DNA of 64,000 bases from Squalus acanthias (taxonomy: Eukaryota), in the NCBI GenBank assembly GCA_030390025.1, contig CM059434.1, positions 44,020,001 to 44,084,000 of the forward strand. Direction: 5' to 3'. The position numbers were made by a program, and so were the translations under genes. Every line of letters begins with the position of its first letter. Position 1 is the first letter of the stretch. Shown here one piece after another: positions 51,150 through 64,000 of this stretch. Under the pieces are notes generated by a model. It saw only the letters and a program-made list of their open reading frames with translations, was not told the origin of the DNA and ran no database searches.

Positions 51150-51500
51150 TTCCCCCATTTTTCTCTCCTCCCTTCCTGAAATCACAGAAACATGCTGTCA
51201 CATGGTTCCCTCGGACCTTGCCTGAGTGCTCATTCTTCATGTGTGAGACTTGACAGTTAAAGTCAGCAGATTATTCAACTGTGTGGGACAACACAGCCAA
51301 GAACAAATTGGTCTACATATGTACATTTCCCTGCGGGAATCACTGAATAGAAAGCAGGAGGGTGATACCTTGGCTGATTTTTCTCCTCCCTACTCAAAGA
51401 CACTAAAGTGAATTCCACCCCAAAGGGGAACAGCTAACTCAGCATTGACCAGGCATTAGTTAATTGATCACTCCCACTCTGGAAAGCGCCTTTACCAACT
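51150..51500 (-). mobile_element. SINE family B
   Basis: cattcttcatgtgtgagact...ggctgatttttctcctccctac...cagctaactcagca. Confidence 0.75.
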
Positions 51501-51554
51501 AAGCCTTGCATTTAACTACTGATTATACAAGTGACAGGAGTCAGTAGGCCATTC

Positions 51555-51702
51555 TGTGTGTGTGTGTGCGTGTATGTGTGTGTATGTATATGTGTATGTC
51601 TGCATGTGTACGTGTGCACATGTGTACCTGCATATGAGTGTGTATGTGTGCACGTGCGTGTATCTGTGCGTGTGCGTCTGCATGTGCATGTGTGTACCTG
51701 TA
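51555..51702. repeat. Degenerate (TG)n microsatellite
   Basis: Directly visible. Confidence 0.9.
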
Positions 51703-51743
51703 CTATGATGGGGTGGGCAACAAGTCCACCTGCTTTTTTCCCT

Positions 51744-51781
51744 CAGTTCTGATGAAGGTTTACACCTGAAATGCTAACCTG
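51744..51781 (+). ncRNA. Degenerate minimal type I hammerhead ribozyme
   Basis: agtt-CTGATGA-aggt(ttac)acct-GAAA-tgct-aac: the core boxes and stem II are intact; stem III and the U16.1 position are mutated relative to the expected gaaacgtt. Confidence 0.6.
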
Positions 51782-51880
51782 TTTGTTCATTCCGCAGATA
51801 CTGACTGGCCTACTGTATCTTTCCAATATTTTCTATTTTTGTTTCAGATTTCAAGCACTTGCAGTTTTTTGCTTTTTATT
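51744..51880 (+). mobile_element. Penelope-like element terminal remnant
   Basis: ctgatgaagg..cctgaaa..taac...cagatactgactggcctactg...ttccaatattttct...tcagatttcaagca..tgcagt, recalled as the common fish/shark PLE terminus. Confidence 0.7.
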
Positions 51881-52829
51881 GCCTATCTTCTCAGTCTGAG
51901 CACTGATGTGTTTTGCCAGTCAGAGTCTGTTAATCTCTGCTACAGTCTTCTCAGACATCTAAACTCAGGATCCTTCCTATAAAACCAGTAAAAGAAATAC
52001 TCTGGGATTCCTGCAGTAGAGTTAAGTCCAGCAAACAGTTTCAAAAAGTTTTTTGGGTTGCACAGAGTGATGGAAAGTTATCTGATAAACATAGCCTTTT
52101 CAGCTGAATGTCACAAAGGTTAATAGATGTATTAAATTGATGAAAACTGTAAAACTAGTTGCTTAAGTGTACGTTATATAGAAACTGCCTCTCTGTGACA
52201 CATGACATTATTATGTAGCCCTTTCATGTCTTTTAAACAAACAATAAAAGGTCTGATTTTAATGAAAAACTGAACCAGTGACACTGTCCTGGAAAAAAGT
52301 ATTTAACATTGACTCTATAGAGTAAATCACACGCTGAAATTATCAGAGCCACACAGTGACGCAAAGCCCCTTTTCATCACATTTCTCTTTGATTATGCAC
52401 ACTGTAATAGGATTTTTTATGCCATATTAAAATAAAGTGTCCCTTTTTTGATGAAGGGATGTCTTTGTGACATTTTCCAATGAAGATGAATTTAAAGTGA
52501 ACTTTGTCAACTGTATTTACTTGTCTTTACCTCAAGTATATGGTATCCAGCAGTGTAGATAATATGCTGCCCTTATGAGGAAAATTGCAGAGGGCTTAGA
52601 TTGTTCTGACAGAGTTCTATTTGCTGTTAAGCGTTCCCTCTCACTAACAGCAAGAAAAAGACTTCCATTTCATTGAAGGTCCTGCTTAAAGTCGAAAATA
52701 TCCTGGCAATCTGTTAAATTGGTAGCTTCTTCAACAGGATCTAAAAAAGCTTATTCCAAGTACCTTCGAAAGGAAACCATATTCAAAAATGAAGCCTCTT
52801 TCCCTCAGTTGACAAGTGCACAGCTAATA

Positions 52830-53150
52830 TGTTATTGAGCTGTATAGAACAGGCTCCATGTGTTGGGTTTACCAATCTCAGCCGAGGTAGCAGTGGGGGA
52901 GGTGAAAATTAGCCTGAAACTAGGGAGGGGAAAAATCCCGCTCCTAATCACTGTCCAGTGACCCCCCCTACTGGAAAATAATCATGAATGGATATTTGGT
53001 AAGAGTCTGATTATCTGCTGGTCTGTGATTTCCGCCGTTGCCTGTCTAGGAATAATCACTGTGGTGGGTACCAAAAGGCACCGCCGGTACCTCTGGGACA
53101 GTATAACAATATGGGTCAGTCCCTTCAAGAGAGGGGCAGAGAGATCTGAA
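52830..53150 (+). mobile_element. SINE family B
   Basis: aatctcagccgaggtagcagtgg...tagggaggggaaaaatcccgctcctaatcactgtccagtgacccc. Confidence 0.7.
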
Positions 53151-53337
53151 AAATATCTAAACCTTCATGGTCTGTATGACTCAGTAACACACTGCCTTTA
53201 CAAACTGAGCCACTGGGTAAGATCCATGCATGTTTTAATCACAATGAGTGAGTGCAGCTTCTGCATCAATATCACTGACTATCTTAAGTGGCCTTGCTGA
53301 AAGAGGCATGCAAAACAATTTCAAGCCTGTCACAGTA

Positions 53338-53800
53338 CAACAAGAAGTTGCATTTCTATTGAGATGGGAAATGTCTGAAAGTGCTTTACGATAAGAAGGG
53401 AAAAACAGCAAAGGCCAAGTAGGAAGGAAAAAGGAAAATAGATGGTTAGATTGGGGGCCAAAGGCACAATTAAACAGAAGGTTTTGAGGGGTTTTCTGAA
53501 AGTATGAAGGGAGGGAAGCAAGGTGGAAGGAACTAGGTAGGGACTTCCAGAGGACAGGAGTATAGTGGCTGAAGGACTGGTGGACCAGAGGGAGGCAAAG
53601 GAAAGCCAGGTGTTAGGACAAAGATAGGAGCAGAGAAGGCGATGTTGCAGAGATAGAAAAAAGTAATCTTGGTAACAAAGCAAATACGGGGACGGAGGAA
53701 GTCAAACACTGTATCTAGTTTCTGTATCTCCTGACTCAGTAGAGGGAGAACCACATGTCATCAGGATGGAATGAATTTGGGATCTATGGGCACATCCATT
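53338..53800 (-). mobile_element. Old L2 3' fragment
   Basis: Tail caacaagaagttgcatttctat...aaagtgctttac; TFRKPLKTF on the minus strand. Confidence 0.6.
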
Positions 53801-54391
53801 TTGTCCTCCATTAGCACCACTTTGTTTAGGGATAGTATTGGACTTATTAATTTGTAACACAAAGCAGTTTATTACTTTAACTGATGTAATTCCATACCTT
53901 GGTGTAAGACACACAGTTCAGCATAATACAGAGGGACTATGCAATAAACCACAGAGTACTGCACAAGTCAGCACATACACAACATGGATATTAATGCTGC
54001 TTCGGCAACTAATTCCTTGTTCACATTGATACAGACCATGTGCTCTGCTGGCAACTATCACTAATTGGATGACACTTTCCAGTTCAATATAGTTTATGTC
54101 ATCTACTATCTTTCAAAGGATATGCATGCATACAGCAAGGAAGGTTAGAGTTCAGCTCCTGCTACTGTTTGGGGTGCTTTTGGTCTTTTGTGGCATTCAA
54201 CTATCACTGGCCAAGCTCAAATTCCAGCAGAGAGCTCCCCATTATTAGTAGCACACTGAAAGGGCTGCTTGCATCATATTTTGCTACATATAAGAGTTCC
54301 ATGAGTGAATTGCAATGAATTGTTGGGTATGGGCACTGATCACACCCATAAAATAAAGAGAGTCAAAACATTCCAGTGTATCTCTATATTA

Positions 54392-55824
54392 GAAGGTAGA
54401 AAATGTAACCCCACTATTTAAGAAAGGAGGGAGAAAGAAAACGGGGAACTACAGACCAGCTAGCCTGACATCAGTAGTCGGGAAAATGCTAGAATCTATT
54501 ATTAAGGACATGGTAACAGGGCACTTAGAAAATAATAATAGGATTGGGCAGAGTCAACACGGATTTATGAAAGGGAAATCGTGTTTGACAAATCTGTTAA
54601 AGTTTTTTGAGGTTGTAACTAGCAGAATAGATAAGGGGAAACCAGTGGATGTGCTGTATTTGGATTTTCAGAAGGCATTCGATAAGGTGCAACACAAGAG
54701 GTTATTAAACAAAATGAGGGCTCATGGGATTGGGGGTAATATACTAGCATGGATTGAGGATTGGTTAACGGACAGAAAACAGAGAGTAGGAATAAACGAG
54801 TCATTTTCGGGTTGGCAGGCTGTAACTAGTGGGGTACCGTAAGGATCAGTGCTTGGGCCTCAGCTATTCACAATCTATATCAATGATTTGGATGAGGGGA
54901 GCAAATGTAATATATTCAAGTTTGCTAATGATACAAAGCTAGGTGGGAATGTAAGTTGTGAGGAGGATGCAAAGAGGCTTCAAGGGGATATAGACAGGCT
55001 AAGTGAGAGGGCAAGAACATGGCAAATGGAATATAATGTGGAGAAATGTGAAGTTATCCACTTTGGTAGGAAAAATAGAAAAGCAGAGTATTTTTTAAAT
55101 GGTGAGATATTGGGAAATGTTGGTGTTCAGAGGGACCTGGGTGTCCTTGTACACGAATCACTGAAAGTTAGCATATAGGTACAGCAAGCAATTAGGAAAG
55201 CAAATGGTATGTTGGCCTTTATTCCAAAAGGATTTCAGTATAAGAGTAAAGACATCTTACTGCAATTATATAGGGCCCTGGTGAGACCACACCTGGAGTA
55301 TTGTGTACAGTTTTGGTCTCCTTACCTATGGAGTGCAATGAAGGTTCACCAGACTGGTTCCTGGGATGGGAGGATTGTCCTAAGAGGACAGATTGAGTAG
55401 ACTAGGCCAATATTCTCTAGAGTTTAGAAGAATGAGAGGTGTTCTCATTGAAACATACAAAATTCTTACAGGGCTTGACAGGGTAGATGCAGGGAGGATG
55501 TTTCCCCTGGCTGGGGAGTCTAGAACCAGGGGTCACAGTTTCAGAATAAGGGGTCAGCCATTTAGGACTGAGATGAGGAGAAATTTCTTCACTCAGAGAG
55601 TGGTGAATCTTTGGAATTCTCTACCCCAGAGGGCTGTGGAGGCTCAGTCGTAGGGTATATTCAAGACAGAGATCGATAGATTTTTGGATATTAAGGGACT
55701 GAAGGGATATGGGGATAGAGCAGGAAAGTGGAGTTGAGGTAGAAGATCAGCCATGATCTTATTGAATGGCGGAGCAGGCTCAATGGGCCGAATGGCCTAC
55801 TCCTGCTCCTATTTCTTATGTTCT
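54392..55824 (+). mobile_element. 5'-truncated CR1 LINE (second subfamily)
   Basis: NYRP.SLTSVVGK, QHGFMKGKSCLTNL, YLDFQKAFDKV, KFANDTKLG and RPHLEYCVQFWSP; ttcttatg tail; 7-bp TSD tatatta (54385-54391 and 55825-55831). Confidence 0.95.
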
Positions 55825-56320
55825 TATATTAAGCACTATTCCAAAATTATTATTACTCTCCCTCCTTTGTAAAAACCTTTGGTCCGTGCAGGAACTAGAA
55901 ATAAACTCAAATAAGCCTAACTAAAAGAGATTGTAATCTCTTCTGTCACATTCAATGTTTTGGTGTCTTTCCAGAAACCAGAAATAAGCTGACTGTACAA
56001 CCCTGTATGACTGAAAGTCTCCATCTCCTGTGGCGGTGGGAGAGTGAGGTGAGGAGGGTTGCTCTGTATCTCACTCTCTCTCACTGATGATAAAATTTAA
56101 GTGCACATTTTCCTTTCTTCGTTATTTTTTCCTCTGAGTTTCTTCCCTTACCCTTTTAGTCATGGATTTTTGAATTGCTTGTTGCATTTTTAATTAAAGA
56201 GTAGATGGAGCCTTTTGATCCAAAGATCAAAGTGGTTTAATTCATTGATTGATGAGGACTTGTTAATTATGTTTAGATCACTATATAGTGGGGTTCTGTC
56301 CAACTTCAGACTTATATAAT

Positions 56321-56774
56321 GGCCAAGAGTTTTGCTTTGGGCGCGACAGACGATCAGGCACAAATTGAGCTCAAAATTGCACTAGTTTTGCAAAGTGAAT
56401 TTTTTGCTCAAGTTTCCACAAATTCATTTGAATATTGCAGAACGTAAAATCTTCAATGAACCAGTGCAATCGGGCAGCGTTTTAGAATGTAATATATGTC
56501 TTAAAATTTTTGCAATAAAAAATATTCCTTGATATAGTTAAGAGTGGTAACCTGGTGCAGTTTTATTAATACAGCTGAAAATGGGTTCAGCACAAAAAAA
56601 TAAGTATTTTTAATCAGTGTCTAGTCCACCACCTGTGAGTAACCCGATCGTGGAAACTCGACTTGCACTGGACGGAATTTGCACTTGAAATTCCTCGATC
56701 TTTTGCGCTGCTTTGTCCGATTTTGGGTGAATTGCGCTGAAGATACCAGCGCAACCTAGCAGAAACTCCAGGCC
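56321..56774. mobile_element. Harbinger-type MITE
   Basis: Ends ggccaagagttttgct / agcagaaactccaggcc; 3-bp TSD AAT. Confidence 0.75.
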
Positions 56775-57204
56775 AATGTATTTATTCATATGTAGCATTG
56801 TTAATTTATATATGAATATAATATCTTTAGTTGCGTTTCAAAACTTCACCCCAATAATTGCAGAAGTGTTGTGGCTTAACTTCTAAGAAGCTAAAGTTTG
56901 CTTTGGTACAAGAGAAATTTCTAAAATTCTGGTATGTGATCAGGGCTCCATTTCATGCTCTGCTGATGACTTTACATTATGTTACAATACAGTGTGCCAG
57001 CTACTGAAAGTGGTACGAGAAGATAAAACTGCTGAATTCACCATGTCAGAAGCCAGGACTATGTTCTATTCCTTCAGTCGCCATCCTTATGAAAGGATAA
57101 TTGACCCATTACAGACTTTCTCACTGTATGTTTATATTGTGTTTTTAGTATTTGCCAAATTTTTGTGCTTTACATCATTTTGCTTTTTTGTTACTTTCTT
57201 TGTA

Positions 57205-57424
57205 GGGCCCAGAGAAGCAGGCAACCCATGCCCCAGGCTTCCCCCTCCCCCACCCCCAATCACATGGTCTTCCCAAAACCCCCTCCCCACGATTAACCTG
57301 AGTGGCGGGGACCGTCCCTTCAGTCTCCGCCAGCAGCCTCCTGCCACGCAGCATTCCGCTCCCGTCTGCCGGCCAGCTGCACCTTCCTGTTGGTTTGATG
57401 AGGCCGGGGAGTTAAAATTGCCCC
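57205..57424. mobile_element. Right half of a Harbinger-type MITE
   Basis: GC-rich segment ending gttaaaattgcccc. Confidence 0.45.
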
Positions 57425-57537
57425 GCTGTATTTTTACAGCCTCTTGGGCTCTTTATGCAAAATAACTATACTTGGGAAACAAATCAAGTCACACTCGGCA
57501 AGTGTTGACATTCAACTGTAGTGTACAAATGGCCGTT

Positions 57538-57975
57538 TGGCTCAGAGGTAGCACTCTTACTTCGAATTCAGAAGGTTGTGGTCGGTATTTTTGGCTTCTG
57601 CGCTTGCTCGCCAACAATTTTCCAGCCATTCATTTTAATGGAAAGTATCTTCCGTCCAAGAATTGACCACATAATCCTCAGTTCTGAGGGAGTACTCTGT
57701 TGCTGAAGGTACTGCCTTTTGGATGAGATATTAAACCAAGGCCTCGTCTGCCTGCCCATGGTACTATTTAAAGAATAGCAAGGATGTTACCTCTCTCAAC
57801 CACCAAAAACAGATTAACTAGTCATTAAGCTCTTCTGTTCTTTGTGGGATCTTGCTATGTGTAGATTGGCTTCTATATTTACATACGTAACAATAGTGGT
57901 GGCACTTCAAAAGTAATTCATCGATTGTGAAGTGTTTAGGGATGTCCTGAGGATGTGATAAATGCAAACTCTTTT
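57538..57975 (+). mobile_element. Deu-domain SINE with a small MITE-like insert (57580-57668) in the head
   Basis: Head tggctcagaggtagcactctt; core cttttggatgagatattaaaccaaggcctcgtctg; tail ataaatgcaa. Confidence 0.8.
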
Positions 57976-59744
57976 CTTCTAAAAATGGGGATCTGTTGTG
58001 GGATATTGTATCACACAAAATCACTTGCCCCAGGAATGGTCACTTCAGCAATCACTAGTACTGGTGAAATCACACTCTAGCAAGTCGGGGATAAAACAGG
58101 GTGAAAAAACAGGGAAAGACTTGCCTTTTTGAGTTATGTCCAAATATTACTGTCCAAGTTATCACTATTCATCTGTATATCCCATCAATTAATATGAATT
58201 ATGTTGACAGCCTGTATTATAGCGTTTCACTGTCAAACATATTCTGTTTTATTACTTGTGTAAGCTCACAGCTCACTACCAGACACTGCTCCAAAACATC
58301 ATAGCAACCAGTGCTCTCTTGTGTACTCAACATGAGGCATTATGTTGCCCAAAAGAGGAAATTGTTCCACTAAACAAGTATGTTTAAACTTGACGTATTT
58401 TTGGTGGAAAGTTAATGGATACTTATCACAACAAGCATGTAGAACATCGTGCAGGATGGGCCTGTGTGTAATTTAGGTTGTAAATCCAGCGAGCTGTGTA
58501 ATCTGAGCAAAGAGTAGTCAATTAAGGTAAAAATGTTCACTTTACAAGTTGTGAGTGGAGGATGTGGAGTGGCAGACAGAAGACACTCATGGTTAAGAAG
58601 CAGAGAAGAATCACTGAATAAAAATAATATATACTTACTAATGATGAGGAGATTCGAAGGCCTGCATGCGTATATGTGCATCTATGTATCAACATGTGGT
58701 AAAAGCAAACTGTATTTCTGCTCTACTGTGAAAATAAAAAGTATTTTGAAAAGCTGGCAGACTTGGTTCTAACCCATGAAGTTTGCCTGATAAAATTCCT
58801 TTTTGCCTAGTGCAAACACTGACTCTTTTTTTTGCTTCACGATATCCATGGTTACATCTCTGCAGAACCTCCAAGCACTAACAATGCTGTTTATTTTCAT
58901 TGTCTGAATCCACACAGCACCTATTAGCCATGCTTAGAGAAGCAGGAAGTACAATGGCCAAGCCGGGCTATTTTTAACACTCTGTTCGTATTAACATCCT
59001 TTTTTTTTTGCAATCTGAAAAGGCTAGAAACCTGCAAACAGCCAAATAATCAGGCCCCATTCAAGAAAGATGAAATGATTCGTGAATTAGACTTTACTAG
59101 AAAACAGTCAAGCTCCCAGAGCATGGTTCAGTGGCCAATTGAGAGCCCTTTCACTCTTTAAAAAGGCACCGTCTTAAACTGGAGGGATTTTTTCAACTTT
59201 GTTTTCTTGCTTAGCTTTAGCTTGAGTTTTTTCACATGGATCGTGTACCACAAGTTATGGCATAACACCCAAAGTATCTTTTCAGAGCATTGCAACAACA
59301 TAACATACGTATTAAATAGGCATGTAAAAGGCCTCAAGAACATAAGAAAGCATGGAATGAGAAAAGGCGTTTGGTGTGACAAACCCAGGCCTTTCATAGA
59401 CCATGGACAATCTACTTTAACATGGACCCCATAAATTTAATTTCCTGAGGGAAAGTTTTATATAAAATACTCTTTGATCGCCAAAGATAATCATGCAAAA
59501 CACCAGAATATCTAACGAGCCTTTCTGCACAGCCTATCATTCTGACACTCTCTTTAAATGTTTTCATGTTCAGAGTTGATCCCTCCGTGCCTCTCCCATA
59601 AGTTTATTGCTATGCATTCTTCTACAAGACTTGCAATGCAGCAGGTTCCACTTTCTACATATCCTGGAGCAATTTAAACCAGCGGCAGGTGTATGACAAT
59701 GTGATCATCTCATTGGATATTCAGATTTACAAATCTCAAGATAA

Positions 59745-60077
59745 TGAAAGGGTAGACATAGATAAGATGTTTCCACTTGTGAGGGAGACCAAAACTAGGG
59801 ACCATACATATAAGACAATCACTAATAAATCCAAAAGAGAATTCAGGAGAAACTTCTTTACTCAGAGAGTGGTTAGAATGTGGAACTCGCTACTACAAAG
59901 AGTAGTTGAGACGAAAAGCGTAGATGCATTTAAGGGGAAGCTAGATAAACACTTGAGGGAGAAAGGAATAGAAGATTATGCTGATTGCGTTAGATGAAGA
60001 GGGGTGGGAGGAGGCTTGTGTGGAGCAAGAACCCGCTGGGCCGAATGGCCTGTTGTTGTGCTGTACATTCTATGTAA
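59745..60077 (+). mobile_element. CR1 3' fragment
   Basis: RRNFFTQRVVRMWNSL...FKGKLDK; 3' UTR gggccgaatggcctg...attctatgtaa. Confidence 0.9.
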
Positions 60078-60179
60078 CACTGAAAAGAAAGCTGACTGAT
60101 TGGATGTTTTGTGTGTAAAAGGCAGACTGTTCACTGCTGTTTTTCTAACGTCTCCATGTCTTACAGAAATGTGTCCACA

Positions 60180-60793
60180 AGCACATGGCATCCTAGATTT
60201 TATAAATAGAGGTATAGAGTAAATAAAGTACAAAAGCAAAGAGGTAGTGTTAAACCCATACAAATCAGTGGTTAGGCCACAGTTAGAATATTGAGTCCAG
60301 TTTTTAGTTCCCTACTTCAAGGCCATGGAGGAGGTAGAGAGGAGAAGGATAAGTTGATACCAGAGATAAGGGGCTTTAATTATGAGGAGAGATGAGAAAA
60401 ACTAAACCCTTATCACTAGAATAATGAAGATCTAATACAGGTATTCAGAATGATGAGGATTCAATAAAGTAAATCAGGAAAAGCTATTTCCACCAGTCAG
60501 TCAGTCGGTAACTAGATGGCATAAATTTAAGATAACCAAAAGAACAAAGGGAGAGGTTAGGAAAAAATCATTTTTACACAAAGGGCTGTTAAGATGTGGA
60601 ATGCCCTACCACAAACACTGATGGAAGCAGACTCCATAATCGTTTTTAAAGGGAAGGTGGATAAGCATCTGAAAATGAAAAAAATAAAGGAAAGGGCAGG
60701 GGAATGGGACTAAGTGGTCAGCTCTTTCAGGGAACAGAACAGGCACGGTGGGCCAAATGGCCTCCATCTATGCAGCAAAGTTCTACGATTCTA
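60180..60793 (+). mobile_element. Older CR1 3' fragment
   Basis: GILDFINRGIE, VRPQLEY and WNALP; 3' UTR gggccaaatggcctcc...ttctacgattcta. Confidence 0.85.
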
Positions 60794-61269
60794 ACCCTAC
60801 ACAACTAGTGTTAACCTAAATAACTTAATCAACCTTGGTGATCCAACAGCCTCTATACGCCAACAAAACTGATCAGATCAGGTCTGAGTGCATGGCCAAA
60901 CAGGTACAAGTGCTCCAGTTAATGGTGCAAGGCATTGTTGCATTGCAGGATTGATATTGCAGTCCTAAGGCATGCTTAGCCAGAAGTCTTAGATGGAGAC
61001 TACAGGTCAATGAGTATATAATATGCGTAATACTATATGATCACTGATGAGCTTCCCAGCGTAATTTTTCTCAAGGACAGGAAGCCTTTACTCATCCCCT
61101 ACCTAGTTGCTGCTTCTAATTGGAACAATTAATGGATTGTGACTTTATGTATTAAATGATTGCTTTTCCTCAAAGACATACTTCCCTACCTAATAAATTT
61201 CTACAATCAGGAGCTTCATAAAGTGCTTAATGTAGAACTAAGATTTTTGTAATGTGTATCAGATTAGTT

Positions 61270-61822
61270 CCCTTGCTTGCACTTTCGTTTCTATGTCAGA
61301 AGATTTTGGGTTCAAACCCCACCCCAGAATTTTAGCAGATGATGCAGGCTGACACTACATTGCAATACTGAGAGCATGCTGTATTGCTGGAGGCGTTGTA
61401 TTCAGATGAGACGTTAAACCAAGGCCCCTGCCGCCTGATCAATTGGATATTAAAGCTGTTAAAATAGGTTTACATAACCAATCTCAGGAAGGCAATAGGG
61501 CTGGTATTCTGGAACGATGAACTCAAATGGGTTGAATATGCTTCTTCATCCAAACTATTTTGGGATCTTATGAAAAGATGGATCTGAGTAAAGATGACTG
61601 CAGTGGTAGGGCACAGCACCTGAACAACTTTTGGGTGGCTATTGAATTGAAGAGAATGAATTATATCTAGTCATTTATTTCTTGTTGTTCGTGGGACCTT
61701 ATATTGGCTGCCACATTTCCCTACATTACAATAGGAACTTCAATGGAAAAGTGCATCATTGGCTGTGAAGTGCCTTGGGATGTCCTGGTGATGTGAATGC
61801 TGCTCTATAAATGCAAGTTTAT
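61270..61822 (+). mobile_element. Deu-domain SINE interrupted at ~61460-61650
   Basis: gggttcaaaccccac...cagatgagacgttaaaccaaggcc; tail ctataaatgcaagt; the insert resembles a decayed CR1 3' tail. Confidence 0.75.
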
Positions 61823-61969
61823 TCATTCAGTAAACTAGATATATGTCTCTCGAGACTCCATGATATGCACCTATGCGGCTCACAAAGATAAAGAGCTATG
61901 CCAGCTCTGATTTAGAGAATATTCAGGTAATGGGTTCAGCATTTGAAACTGCTTGGTCACAGTACATGG

Positions 61970-64000
61970 CTATTCTTTCTGCACCGCTACCGACTCTCAT
62001 TCTTACGGCAACAACCTCCATCCTTGAACTTTCTACCCTTCAAATAGCTTCTGGACTTCACTCGCCTGCTGTGGACAGCGGTTCGTCGTTGCTCCGTGCC
62101 GGCTCCATCCTGCTCACATCGGCTTTGTCCCTCCATGGGACCTCTGACTTTGACCCTGGCCTCCCTACTATTGTCTCCAACCTATTCCCTGCTACCAGGA
62201 AATATTAATCCCATTAATTACTACATAACTAGGCCTATGTAACCTGAGCTTTTCCCTGTGTCCATTCACGTGCACACTTTGGCTGCCGCTCCGGACCCGA
62301 GCAGTTCATTTCTTTTTCCACTTTTGCTCCCCCTTTTCCTTTTCTCTCTATCCCTCCCTGACCGCGCTCTCCTGTCGTTATGCCTCCTTTCATCTCCCCT
62401 CTCTCGGATACTCTGCCCTCCCAAATCCCTACCCCAATCCTTCATTACTCTTCGACCTTCCTACTCTCCTGCCGCCATCCCAGGCTTGACTCCCTCTTAG
62501 ATAAGCCCACAGCTTCCCTCTGTGCCTCTCTTGGTATCCTACGAAGGGCCCATCGAGGCACTCATCGCTGCCTCCTTATGAGCAGCAACCCCAACTGTCC
62601 CATCCTACTCTCTCGCCAACCTTCCCACCCAGCGCACCCACTGGGGGCTAATCTTGCCACTCTCCTCCCCGTCCAACCCCCCCCAGCGCTGACCCTGTGG
62701 ACGCTGGCAGTGGGTCAGCCATCACCAACCCTCTCCGCATCTCCCTCCAGAATGTCCGTTCACTTGCGGACAAGGTGCTTGCCATCCATGAGCTTATCGT
62801 GGATGATTGCATCGACATCATGGCCCTGACGGAAACTTGGTTGAGGGGTGATGACACCTTACCCTTAAATGAAGCCTCCCCACCTGGCTATACCTTCCAC
62901 CACTTGCCCCGCTCAGAACGCCGTGGTGGCGGTGTGGCTCTCATCACCAAATCACACCTTGGTCTGTCCCTCTACTCCTCTGGCACTTTCTCCTCCTTTG
63001 AGCATCTCAGCATATTCCACGCCTCTCACCTCTCATTTAAAATTCTCATTCTCTACTGCTCACCCAAGAACCATAAAAATTTTATTACCAAGATATCTTC
63101 ACTGCTTTCCTCCCTCAGCCTCTGCACCGAAAGACATCTCATCCTCGGTGATTTCAACCTCCATCTCAATTCATCATGCTCTCTCTCCTCTGAGTTCACT
63201 ACCCTCCTATCCTCCCTTAATCTCTCCCTCCATGTAAACTCCCCAACCCATATTAATGGCCACCCCTTCAACCTTGCCATCTCTCGTGGCCTCGCTACTC
63301 CCATCGTGTCAATCGCAGATGAGGCCATCTCTGACCACCTCCTCGTAACGCTCTCCACCCACATCCCCCTTCCACCCTCCCCCCCCCACCCCACCACCAA
63401 CCCTACTTCCTTCTGTGTCCGCCCCTGGAAAAAACTCTCTCCCAACTCTCTTACAGCTGCACTTATGAAATCCCAACTGTCCAGCCTTTGACCCTCCATT
63501 CACCACGACATTTCTGCAGCTACCGATCTGCTCAACCACACCCTCATCACCACCTTTGATGCCCTAGTCCCTATTAAAACAATTACCCTCTCTCACCCTG
63601 GCCGTTCCCCCTGTACGGCTCTCATCTTCGCTCCCTTAAGTTCAAGGGACGCAGACTTCAAAGGATATGGCAGACAACTGGTTTAGCCATTCACCGCCAG
63701 ATCTGGCTCGACTACAAAAAGCATTATCGGGTCCTGCAGTCGTCTGCCAAAATTGCTCACTGTTCCAGAATCATTCTGGAATGCAAAGATAAACTCCAGC
63801 TTCTATTCTCCACTGCTAACCTTCTTCTTAAACCCCTCTCCCCTGTCTCCTCCACCCTCACCTCCAACAACAAGTGTGAGGAGCTCATGGACTTCTCTGT
63901 CTCTAAGATTGAGACCATCCATTCAGCTGCCTCTGCCACTTCCCTTCCTTCCCCTAGCCCACCGAGCCAAACTTCCTCTAAAGTTACCCCCTGCCCTAGC
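61970..64000 (+). mobile_element. L2 LINE 5' portion with an APE endonuclease ORF (62697-63491, premature stop); runs off the window
   Basis: LQNVRSL, MALTETWL, RRGGGVAL, SSFEHL, ILGDFNLH, PTH..GH and ISDH; pyrimidine-rich L2 composition; a TGA and later frameshifts. Confidence 0.92.

Noticed and set aside
61025-61050. ctgatga-gct..agc-gtaa hammerhead-like motif just downstream of this interval start
   Set aside because: GTAA replaces GAAA and there is no stem I pairing.

Overview
Vertebrate genomic DNA, intronic or intergenic and very repeat-rich. The repeat families suggest a cartilaginous fish (inference): CR1 LINEs with shark-type 3' tails, L2, Deu-domain SINEs, Penelope-type termini and PIF/Harbinger MITEs. 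I cannot confidently identify any host protein-coding exon. Every ORF with recognisable protein motifs is a decayed transposon fragment: CR1 RT/EN/esterase, L2 endonuclease, Tx1 and RTE C-termini, and a Harbinger DDE transposase. The window is a layered record of nested insertions, many with readable TSDs. It also has several degenerate minisatellites, TE-free blocks that look like conserved non-coding elements, and one 204-nt N-run. I found no convincing novel biological system. The best leads are Penelope-derived hammerhead remnants (one forming a back-to-back palindrome), a Harbinger transposase fossil plus a MITE set, the N-run flanked by terminal-exon-like signals, and a CRE/X-box-like minisatellite. 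Family names come from memory of consensus sequences, not from a search. Boundaries without a stated TSD are approximate.
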